Source: a bacterium (GTDB taxonomy: Bacteria > SAR324 > XYD2-FULL-50-16). Taken from it: a stretch of DNA of 14,669 bases. Position 1 is the stretch's first letter; every line of letters starts with the position of its first letter. The stretch lies in the NCBI GenBank assembly GCA_029940215.1, contig JAOZRE010000081.1, forward strand, positions 1 through 14,669, given 5' to 3'. This document shows positions 1-8,039 of the stretch, one piece after another. Under the pieces are notes generated by a model. That model was not told where the DNA came from. It ran no database searches and saw nothing but the letters and a program-made list of their open reading frames with translations. Made by a program: the position numbers and the translations under genes.

Positions 1-102
1 CGTTAATCCAAAAATATCAGTTACTGACTTGGAAACCCGTTCTGTTGATATGGTCTCCAGCTCAGATATTTTCATACCTATTAAACTTTTACAGGACGCA
101 GC

Positions 103-423
103 GTGATAGAAGAAACCATTCTGAAAACGAATATTTTGTCGATTATCGCGTCTGGACTGGTGATGGCTCTAATGGGTATGGTGCTCTACTATTTCCGGGA
201 AGCAGCAGCCCCTCATATGTGGTATCTATTGACGATTCCACCAGTTTGTGTAGCAGCCTATATTTATGTTTTCAACATGTATCGTAAATTTAATGGAAAG
301 CCGCCACAACCCCATACCAGTCTGCTGTTCGACCTGTTTACAGCTACCCTGACGGCAGCTGGTATTTTTCTGGCTTTTTCAACACTGTTGATAATCATAA
401 TCTCCTTTTTGAACCAGTCATGA
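103..423 (+). CDS. small integral membrane protein (about 3 TM helices), function unknown
   Basis: ORF 103..423 has a GTG start at 103-105, with AGGA at 93-96 and a 6-nt spacer. The translation consists almost entirely of three long hydrophobic segments (SIIASGLVMALMGMVLYY; LLTIPPVCVAAYIYVF; FDLFTATLTAAGIFLAFSTLLIIII). The overlapping frame 45..287 is low-complexity and not protein-like. Confidence 0.45.
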   Translation: MIEETILKTNILSIIASGLVMALMGMVLYYFREAAAPHMWYLLTIPPVCVAAYIYVFNMYRKFNGKPPQPHTSLLFDLFTATLTAAGIFLAFSTLLIIIISFLNQS

Positions 424-477
424 AATGCGCTGGCTAACGCCCGCCAGATCAACTGCACACGCCAAATACTCATCGCA

Positions 478-1215
478 ATGACGCAAGAACAATCACTAGT
501 CATACTAAATCAGATACCCTTCAAGTTAAATCTGGACGAGCAACTGGAAAACCAGAGACTCGTTGGAAAACAACGCCTGATAGACGAGTTTACCGGTATC
601 GTAAAGGAAGCTGAAACGCTGGCTAGACCCAAAGCCCTTTTTTTAAAACTGGATATTGCAGACAGGGGCGAGGATCACATTACCATTGTCGAAAAATGCC
701 TGACCAGTAGGGTACTGAGTGTCAATCTCGCAGACCGCCAGGAGGCGTATCCTGCCCTGGCTACCTGCGGAACCGAAATTGACGAATGGGCAAATTCGAA
801 AACAAATATGCTCCATCAGTTCTGGGCAAAATCTATTGCCAATGCTGCTTTGGGAATTGCTATTGCGGCCATTGAAACAACACTGCATGACCGTTTCAAT
901 ATTCAAATGACGTCATTGATGACACCAGGATCCCTGATTGACTGGCCAATCTCTCAACAAACAATTCTCTTTGACTTGTTTGGAGACGCAGCCCGCAAAA
1001 TTGGTGTTTCTTTGACCGACAGTTTTCTGATGACACCGTTGAGCACTGTCTCATGCCTGATGTTTGAGTCAGATACTCGCTTTTTCAGTTGTCAGTTGTG
1101 CCCAAAAACGGATTGCCAATCAAGACGCGCTGCTTTTGAGGAGCACCTGTTCACCGAAAAATACGCACTGGATCCAAATAATGTGGCTGATAACGATATA
1201 GCCTGTCACAACTAA
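478..1215 (+). CDS. methionine synthase activation (AdoMet-binding/reactivation) domain-like protein (Met_synt_B12-like)
   Basis: ATG at 478-480. By eye, the C-terminal half aligns with the E. coli MetH activation domain: [13 protein letters not shown] ~ [39 protein letters not shown] ~ [70 protein letters not shown] ~ [45 protein letters not shown]. There is no clear SD before this ATG, so the exact start is uncertain. Confidence 0.5.
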   Translation: [245 protein letters not shown]

Positions 1216-1244
1216 GGGTCGGCTCAAAAATTACTTGGCATTAT

Positions 1245-1268
1245 GCCGGCAAAATGTCCGGTCTTTTT
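1245..1268 (+). terminator. weak hairpin + T-run after ORF 478..1215 (possible intrinsic terminator)
   Basis: GCCGGcaaaatgtCCGGtC forms a 4-5 bp GC stem and is followed by TTTTT (1264-1268). It lies 30 nt downstream of the stop at 1215. The stem is short, so this is a weak call. Confidence 0.2.
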
Positions 1269-1386
1269 AGGACTTTTGTGGACAGCTTATGCCAAGTTAT
1301 TTTTGTACGATCCCTAACCCGGGTATATCATCCGGTTTTTCAAACTGCTGGTACGACAAGATCGATCACTTACAGGAGAATTGACC

Positions 1387-2283
1387 ATGGGAAGGACAAA
1401 AATTACAACCGCTGTTGAGCAGGGACGCATACTGATTTCGGACGGTGCCTGGGGAACCTATCTGTATAATAAGGGACTGAAGGCAGGGGACTGCCCTGAT
1501 CATTGGTCGATTACTCATCCTGACGATGTGTATGACATTGCCAAAAGTTATTTTGAAGCGGGTTCGGATATGGTACAAACCAACAGCTTTGGTGGGTCAT
1601 CACTGAAATTAAAACAATATGATCTTGGAGATAAAGCCTTTGAGATCAATGAAGCGGCTGCACGCCTTTCCAGGAAAGCTGCCGGAGATGAAAGATGGGT
1701 GATAGCTTCTCTGGGACCCTCGGGAAAAATGGTGTTAACGAAAGAGGTGACCGAGGACGCCCTGTATGAAACCTTCAAGGAGCAGGCAATCGCGCTGGAA
1801 AAAGGCGGTGCTGACGCCATCTGCATTGAGACCATGTTTGCACTGGACGAAGCACTACAGGCTATTAAGGCGGTGAAGGACCATACATCCTGTGAAATCA
1901 TCTCAACATTCACCTTTGAGCTGACAAAAAAGGGGGAATACCGAACCATGATGGGGGTAACGCCGACAGCCTACGCAAAGGCGGTTGTTGAGGCGGGAGC
2001 GGATATTATCGGAACAAACTGCGGTAATGGGATGGAACGAATGGTGGATATCGTGAAAGAGATCAGGTCCGCCTTTCCTGACAAGCCGATACTGGTGCAC
2101 GCCAATGCGGGCTTGCCCCAGAATATTGATGGAGAAGACGTGTTTCCGGAAACACCTGAACAAATGGCTAAACTGGTTGGTCCGTTACTCGAAGCCGGCG
2201 CCAACATCATCGGAGGATGCTGCGGCACAACGCCGGAGCACATAAAAGCTATCAAACAGGCTGCCTTAGAAGCCTCTAACTGA
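1387..2283 (+). CDS. homocysteine S-methyltransferase-domain protein (zinc-dependent, Pfam S-methyl_trans type; MetH Hcy-binding-domain-like, stand-alone)
   Basis: The track ORF starts at TTG 1381. I prefer ATG 1387 (MGRTKI...), which has AGGAGAA at 1374-1380 and a 6-nt spacer. Diagnostic motifs are present: ILISDGAWGTYL (MetH ILVLDGGMGT), VQTNSFGG (ETNTF), ADAICIET, TNCGNG (Zn-ligand Cys) and GGCCGTTPEHI (MetH GGCCGTTPAHI, Zn-ligand Cys pair). Confidence 0.85.
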   Translation: MGRTKITTAVEQGRILISDGAWGTYLYNKGLKAGDCPDHWSITHPDDVYDIAKSYFEAGSDMVQTNSFGGSSLKLKQYDLGDKAFEINEAAARLSRKAAGDERWVIASLGPSGKMVLTKEVTEDALYETFKEQAIALEKGGADAICIETMFALDEALQAIKAVKDHTSCEIISTFTFELTKKGEYRTMMGVTPTAYAKAVVEAGADIIGTNCGNGMERMVDIVKEIRSAFPDKPILVHANAGLPQNIDGEDVFPETPEQMAKLVGPLLEAGANIIGGCCGTTPEHIKAIKQAALEASN

Positions 2284-2317
2284 CCGGAAATTCAACGATA
2301 AAGCTCCATATGCTCCA

Positions 2318-3535
2318 CTACTGTCTCTGTTGTTTTGAAACCAATAGCAGAGCAAGGAGAAGACCAAGGACAGCAAAACCGGCCAATGTTGCAAAAGGCG
2401 CCTGATAACTTCCTGTAATATCGAATATATATCCAGATGCTGTCGGGCCAATGGTTCCGCCTAGGGTGCCAACGAAGAGGACTACACCAAAAAGCTGGCC
2501 CAGAGCTGCCGTCCCGAAGGATTCAGCGATAAGAGGGGACATGACGGTGAAGAAACCACCGTGGGCAAATCCATAAAAAACGGCAAAGAGAAGCATCATC
2601 CAGGTTGTCGTTGCCATCTGCAACCAGGCAAGACTTCCAATCAGCACAACGAAACAGAAAATCATGGACCGCTTACCCCCTATTTTGTCAATCAGAGATC
2701 CTGTTACAAGCCTGCCCGCGATGCTGATCGAACCGATTATTGAAAGGACGGTCGCAGATACTGTCGCACTCAGTCCCAGATCTCGTGCATGGGGCACAAT
2801 ATGGACAATTACAGTTAACAGGCAGAAAAACACTGCAAACTCAATAAAACATAAAATCCAGAATTGACGAGAGCGAAATGCCTTCTGCGAGAACAGATTC
2901 CCTTCAACAGCGTCGGCGGAGCTATTGATGCTGATGTCACTTTCCCCGTCCGGCAGCACACCGATTGACTCTGGATCAAGTTTCATCAACTGAGCTGCCA
3001 GTACCAACGTAATCAGCGAAAAACCACCAATCACCAGATAAGCGTTTCGCCATCCATAAGCGGCAATCAAGGCCGTTGCAACAATCGGCATCGCAAACTG
3101 TCCAACACCGGTTCCAACCTTCGTAAGCCCTGTCATTCTCCCACGCAGCCTGACAAACCATCTGGCAACCGTGGACAGTGTAATTACATCATGGGTACTG
3201 AAACCGATACTGACAAAAAAGCCATAGAAAAGATAAAGCTGCCAAGACGTATTCAACAATGACATGAGGATGAAGCCAATCCCTAACATTATCCCAGAGA
3301 TAGTCAGGATAATCCGGGGTCCGATCCTGTCGTTCAGGGTCCCAAAAAATATAGCGCCAACCCCCATCACAAAGAAAGCGAGGGATGAAGCCCCTGAAAT
3401 CAACCCCCTGGACCATCCGAATTCAGTCTGAAACTCCTTGAAAAAAACCCCAAAGGTGAACATGGCACCGATGCAGATCCCCTGTATGAAGAATCCGGAA
3501 ATAACGATATTGTATCCATAGAAATACTTTTTCAA
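2318..3535 (-). CDS. MFS-family transporter (12 predicted TM)
   Basis: The 405-aa ORF shows an alternating hydrophobic-helix pattern with short loops. An MFS-like loop motif GTLNDRIGPR follows TM2, and the central cytoplasmic loop is longer (DPESIGVLPDGESD...). The TTG start at 3533-3535 follows GGAG in the upstream leader (GGAGACGGTGAA-TTG). It lies 78 nt downstream of the FAAL-ACP gene on the same strand. Confidence 0.8.
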   Translation of the reverse strand: MKKYFYGYNIVISGFFIQGICIGAMFTFGVFFKEFQTEFGWSRGLISGASSLAFFVMGVGAIFFGTLNDRIGPRIILTISGIMLGIGFILMSLLNTSWQLYLFYGFFVSIGFSTHDVITLSTVARWFVRLRGRMTGLTKVGTGVGQFAMPIVATALIAAYGWRNAYLVIGGFSLITLVLAAQLMKLDPESIGVLPDGESDISINSSADAVEGNLFSQKAFRSRQFWILCFIEFAVFFCLLTVIVHIVPHARDLGLSATVSATVLSIIGSISIAGRLVTGSLIDKIGGKRSMIFCFVVLIGSLAWLQMATTTWMMLLFAVFYGFAHGGFFTVMSPLIAESFGTAALGQLFGVVLFVGTLGGTIGPTASGYIFDITGSYQAPFATLAGFAVLGLLLALLLVSKQQRQ

Positions 3536-3613
3536 TTCACCGTCTCCAATAAAATAGTGTACCCGTGGGCGGTCGAGCCAACAAGCGAGCCTTAACGCAT
3601 AATGGGATGGAAT

Positions 3614-5686
3614 TCACATGGGGATTGAATGACGCAGATCCTCATCCTCAATCAGGCTGATAATGTCCTCGATAGTCGTATTTTCTTCAATATGATCAAG
3701 CAGATCAAAACCACTAATTGGGTAGTTTGTCCCTATGGCTTCAACAAGTTCGACGATTTTCATCGAATCCCCGGCGATCTCAACCAACGGCTGGTCCAAT
3801 ATGGGTTCCTGTCCGATTATCTTCAGGTAAAGCAACTTAAGGGTTTCCCTGATACACAGTTCAGCCAGCTCTTCGACCTTTTCACCCGTCAGGCGGATTA
3901 CTAGTCCATGAAATTCATCCTGTGAGATCAGGGCAACCGTGGATGAGTGTTTGATCTTGCCGCTGGAGGTTTTTTTGATGGTTCCTGGCCTGAGATAGGT
4001 TCGCAGGGTAGGATAGATTTGAAAATGGTCACCCAGGGTTTTGACGATTTGACGGTCAATTTCAGGAAGCAGATCTCTCTGGAAGGCTTCCAGGTCCACC
4101 AGATATTCCGACTCAATCTCCATGGCAATTGCCAGTTGTTCATCCTGCTCATCCTGAACCAATCCATAGGCTATAGCACAATCCGGGCAGACGCTGTCTA
4201 CTTTTTGGATAGCAAATTCAATATCGTGGGGATAACAGTTTCGTCCCCGGATAATGATTATGTCTTTAATTCTGCCGCTGAAATATAGATTGCCCTTCCA
4301 CAACAACCCGCGGTCACCGGTTCTGAGAAAGGGGGTATCAAAACCCTTGATCTGCTGTCCAAATGTTTGCTGACTTGCGGTTTCATTCTGATAGTATCCA
4401 AAACAGACACTGGGGCCTGACAGGGTTATTTCCCCAACTTCCCCTTCTGGTAGCTGTTTACCGTCTTCTGACATGATCACCATTTCATGTCCATGCATTT
4501 CAGGTCCGAGATTAATGAGAAACTTTTTTTCTTCTTTAGCGGCGCTCTCTTCAATTATTAACAGTCGATTTTCAGTTTCCAGCACATCGCGATCTGCGCA
4601 CAAAACCTCAAGTTCATGCGAAACAGAAAACATAATCACTGTCTCTGCCATACCAAATCCGGGCCGGACGACATTGGGTTTTAATCCGGCTTTGGCAAAA
4701 AAATCATTAAATGCTTTGGTTGCCAGATAATGAACTGGTTCAGACCCGATGATGATTGAAACCATGCTTGAAAGGTCCAACTGCTCAGCCTCCAATGGCG
4801 TGACCTTTCTAAGGCAGGTTTCAAAGGCAAACGGTGGGGCAAAACTATGAGAACATTGATACCTGGACATAGCTAGCAGCCAGCGGATCGGACTCATAAT
4901 AAAATGAACCGGTGACATCAGAATAACAAACCCGCCAATGTACATGGAGCCGATTAAACCGGCAGCAAGACCGAAATCATGAAAAAGAGGCAGCCATAAA
5001 CTGGTTCCGTTATTCTCTTCCCAATGGCCGAAAATACGAGACTGTTCCATATTGGCCATGATATTTGAATGTCCAACAATAACACCCTTTGGGGCACCTG
5101 TACTTCCCGAGCTGAACTGCAAATAGGCCGGATCTTCGGGATGGATACCCGGATCCTGAAAATGGTGGCTATTGTCTTCAAGAATCTTTGTAGCGGAAAC
5201 AATCTTAATACCAGCAAATGCGCCGTCCGCCTCTGATGATAGTCGTTCCTGTAGAAAATCTGCGACCTGCCGAGTTGATATAATGAGCTTTGGTCTGGAT
5301 ATTTCGAGGTTGGGAATTAGTGTTTCCCGGTACGCCTGCAATTGATGGGACAAAGGTACAGCCAAAACTCCGGAAAACAGGCACCCGTAAAATACCTTTA
5401 CAAACTCGAGACCATTGGGCAGTAACAAAACAACCCGGTCCCCCTTGACCAACCTCTGTTTCTGAATCCACCCGGCAATCTCTTCTGCGGATCTACCCAA
5501 TTCTCCATAACTTATTTTATCCTCAACAGCCTCCCCATCCGCTAAAAACGTGACGTAATTTCGCTCGGGATGCTGAGCTGCGCGTTCCCTGGCAATTCCA
5601 ACAATTGTGTTCTGTGTCTGGTAAATCATAGCCTCTTCCATGCTCGACTCTCTTAAGATTCTTTCTGATCCTGAAGCGAGTGCCAT
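3614..5686 (-). CDS. fatty acyl-AMP ligase (FAAL) fused to C-terminal acyl/peptidyl carrier domain
   Basis: Adenylate-forming core motifs are present: YLQFSSGSTGAPKGVIVGHSNI, the FAAL-style N-terminus (VTFLADGE ... FYGCLFSGVLAVP), GFGMAETV, TGDRG and SSGKIK. The C-terminal ~80 aa has a carrier-protein signature (EIAGDSMKIVELVEAI, Ser attachment site). There are three in-frame ATG candidates, at 5686, 5641 (AAGAGAG SD, 6-nt spacer) and 5629. Confidence 0.85.
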   Translation of the reverse strand: MALASGSERILRESSMEEAMIYQTQNTIVGIARERAAQHPERNYVTFLADGEAVEDKISYGELGRSAEEIAGWIQKQRLVKGDRVVLLLPNGLEFVKVFYGCLFSGVLAVPLSHQLQAYRETLIPNLEISRPKLIISTRQVADFLQERLSSEADGAFAGIKIVSATKILEDNSHHFQDPGIHPEDPAYLQFSSGSTGAPKGVIVGHSNIMANMEQSRIFGHWEENNGTSLWLPLFHDFGLAAGLIGSMYIGGFVILMSPVHFIMSPIRWLLAMSRYQCSHSFAPPFAFETCLRKVTPLEAEQLDLSSMVSIIIGSEPVHYLATKAFNDFFAKAGLKPNVVRPGFGMAETVIMFSVSHELEVLCADRDVLETENRLLIIEESAAKEEKKFLINLGPEMHGHEMVIMSEDGKQLPEGEVGEITLSGPSVCFGYYQNETASQQTFGQQIKGFDTPFLRTGDRGLLWKGNLYFSGRIKDIIIIRGRNCYPHDIEFAIQKVDSVCPDCAIAYGLVQDEQDEQLAIAMEIESEYLVDLEAFQRDLLPEIDRQIVKTLGDHFQIYPTLRTYLRPGTIKKTSSGKIKHSSTVALISQDEFHGLVIRLTGEKVEELAELCIRETLKLLYLKIIGQEPILDQPLVEIAGDSMKIVELVEAIGTNYPISGFDLLDHIEENTTIEDIISLIEDEDLRHSIPM

Positions 5687-6297
5687 TATATTGGTTTATG
5701 CCATTATACGCAATCAGTTGGTTCTTAACCATCTAATTTCCTATGAAACATCATCGCAACTCTAATTGATCTGTCAAATAGTATTCGTGGGCTATGGTTT
5801 CTCCTGTTTATGAGTAATCAATAATTACCACTCACTTTGATAACTTGACAGTCTGGAGTTCTCCTCGTCATAGACTTGATCCGGTATCCAGGCACGCATT
5901 ACTTTAAAATCATACTGGTTCTTTCCTGTGAGTCTCGGAAATTCAGTGTGTCAAGCACGGAATGACGGCATTCGAGAATGTCTTTATTTTTAAATTCAGC
6001 TATTTACAAGAGAACTCTAAACTGTTCACTTTGATAATATAGTGTAGGTAATTTGCAGACTTACTTCTCTTCTTGTTATGAAGGTTTAAGGCATTGCTCA
6101 ATAAATTTACTTCGACTATTCATTACTTATTCACACTGAATTAAACTAAAACCATCCAACAATGCGAGATCTATAAAAAAAGCCTCTTGCTAATTGACCT
6201 AAATCTAATTATAACTCATGAAACCATTTCTAAATATCCTCTGTAAGGGACTGAGTGTCTGAATAGAACCCCTTTCGCATCTTTCCAGGATCCCAAA

Positions 6298-7107
6298 ATG
6301 CAACAAGCGGACGATTTTCTTGAAGAAAGCAACACCCTGTTTTGGCTCTTAGAACCACTCGAAGATGAGGCATATCAAAAAATGACCCAATTCAAGGATT
6401 GGACAATCAGTGATGTTATCGGTCATCTGCATATGTGGAATTGGGCGGCAGATCTATCTTTGAACAACCCGGACGCATTTCAGAAACTTATGAACGATGT
6501 TACTGAAAAATTTATCGCTGGAGGCAGCTTTCGCGATGTAGAAGCAGACTGGCTAGATGGCTTGAAAAACACGGAATTGCTGCATGAGTGGCGATTGTTT
6601 TACACCGCCATGCATGAGAGATTCAACAAGACGGATCCCAAAAAGCGGGTTAAGTGGGCAGGACCGGATCTCAGCGTTAGCACTAGTATCACCGGACGAC
6701 TGATGGAAACCTGGGCACATGGACAAGAGATATATGATATCCTGAGCGTGAGGCGAAAAGTTACTGATAGAATCCAGAATATCGCTCAACTAGGCGTCAT
6801 TACATTCCGTTGGACCTTTGCAAATCGCCAGATGAAAATTCCGCCATGTAAGCCTTATGTGAAACTGACAGCACCTTCCGGAAAGATTTGGGAGTGGAAC
6901 GATCCTTCCGACATCAATCGCGTCGAAGGATCCGCAGAAGAATTCTGTCAAGTCGTTACCCAAACACGTAATGTCGTCGATACGTCACTCAAAGTGATTG
7001 GAGAAACTGCCAACTCCTGGTTATCTATAGCGCAGTGCTTCGCAGGACTTCCATCCGACCCGCCCGAACCTGGTACTCGGTCAATAGCACCTCCGACTGA
7101 AATATAA
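6298..7107 (+). CDS. DinB_2 / MDMPI_N-like (mycothiol-maleylpyruvate-isomerase N-terminal domain family, TIGR03084-like) putative metal-dependent enzyme
   Basis: ATG at 6298, with AGGA 11 nt upstream. Motifs match the DinB/MDMPI four-helix-bundle His triad: WTISDVIGHLHMWNWAA and GRLMETWAHGQEIYDIL. Length is about 270 aa. Confidence 0.65.
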   Translation: MQQADDFLEESNTLFWLLEPLEDEAYQKMTQFKDWTISDVIGHLHMWNWAADLSLNNPDAFQKLMNDVTEKFIAGGSFRDVEADWLDGLKNTELLHEWRLFYTAMHERFNKTDPKKRVKWAGPDLSVSTSITGRLMETWAHGQEIYDILSVRRKVTDRIQNIAQLGVITFRWTFANRQMKIPPCKPYVKLTAPSGKIWEWNDPSDINRVEGSAEEFCQVVTQTRNVVDTSLKVIGETANSWLSIAQCFAGLPSDPPEPGTRSIAPPTEI

Positions 7108-7185
7108 TTTACTGATATGTTGGATCAGTAAGTAAGACGCATTACAGATCAATGTCTTTTTTTAAACCCTGATTGGAATTAAAAT

Positions 7186-7953
7186 ATGGATTTCATCAAA
7201 TTTGAAGCAAAGGATCATATAGCAATCCTCACATTAGACAGACCGGGTCAGAATGCATTCAATTACCAGATGTACAAAGAATTAAAAGATACCTTCGATA
7301 CGATTAATAGCACAGAGGATATCTGGTCTGTCATTATCAGGGCTGAAGGAAAATATTTTAGTGCAGGAAACGATGTAAACGATTTTCAGGAAGGCGTTAT
7401 TGATGTGAGCATGGAGGAATATGGTTACATGGTAGAAGCTGGACTCGGGTCGGTTGTAAATTGCGAGGTCCCCGTCATATCAGCCGTCCAGGGGATAGCT
7501 GTTGGCTCCGGGTTCTGCATCCCAACCTACTCTGACATCGTGATTGCCACTCCGGAAGCAAAGTTCGGAATCACAGAAATAAAAGTAGGGATCATAGGCG
7601 GTGCCCCAGAGGCAAGTTTATCACTACCACCAAAAATTGTCAGATACATGGCACTTACCGGGAATCTGATCACGGCTGAAGAAATGGAAAAGCATTCATT
7701 TGTCTTAAAAATCGTTCCCAGTAATGACCTTCTGGATACTGCAATTGAGATTGCACAATCAATCGTCAGAAATCCGCCAATTGCGTTGAAGTATATGAAG
7801 GAATCGCTCAATAATATTTACAGACCCGATATTATCGCTCAAAAAATCGAATTTGATGGCGAAAAGACGGGCCAACACATGCAAACTGAAGATTTTGGTG
7901 AAGCTGTAACCGCATTCATTGAAAAAAGAAAACCGGTATATAAAGTAAAATAG
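7186..7953 (+). CDS. enoyl-CoA hydratase/isomerase (crotonase-fold) family protein
   Basis: Crotonase signatures are present: IAILTLDRP...NAF, AEGKYFSAGNDV, ISAVQGIAVGSGFCI, and FGITEIKVGIIGG (catalytic Glu in the PE-like position). At 255 aa the length is typical of the family. Confidence 0.8.
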   Translation: MDFIKFEAKDHIAILTLDRPGQNAFNYQMYKELKDTFDTINSTEDIWSVIIRAEGKYFSAGNDVNDFQEGVIDVSMEEYGYMVEAGLGSVVNCEVPVISAVQGIAVGSGFCIPTYSDIVIATPEAKFGITEIKVGIIGGAPEASLSLPPKIVRYMALTGNLITAEEMEKHSFVLKIVPSNDLLDTAIEIAQSIVRNPPIALKYMKESLNNIYRPDIIAQKIEFDGEKTGQHMQTEDFGEAVTAFIEKRKPVYKVK

Positions 7954-8039
7954 TATGTATTTTGTCTGATATAATGAGCAGAATACTGGCCGAATTCCGG
8001 CGAGACCACCGGCTCGGACCGATGGTTGCCACTCGATTC

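Noticed and set aside
45-287. 80-aa + strand ORF overlapping the start of the membrane-protein gene
   Set aside because: Its translation is low-complexity and S/Y-rich with no domain-like character. It overlaps the far more coherent hydrophobic ORF 103..423 in another frame.
1303-1329. TTGTAC-N15-TATATC as a promoter for the Hcy-methyltransferase gene
   Set aside because: The spacer is only 15 nt and the -35 match is imperfect. The gene may instead be co-transcribed with the upstream activation-domain-like gene.
2561-4730. Plus-strand ORFs inside the MFS and FAAL-ACP genes (2561..2743, 2664..2867, 3629..3904, 3947..4288, 4473..4730)
   Set aside because: They are antisense to well-supported CDSs with clear family motifs. 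Their translations are low-complexity or basic-rich, as is typical of shadow ORFs.
7989-8001. GCCGAATTCCGGC hairpin between the convergent crotonase and FG-GAP genes as a bidirectional terminator
   Set aside because: The stem is only 4 bp, there is no flanking T or A run, and it partly lies within the last codons region of the FG-GAP gene 3' UTR. It is too weak to call.
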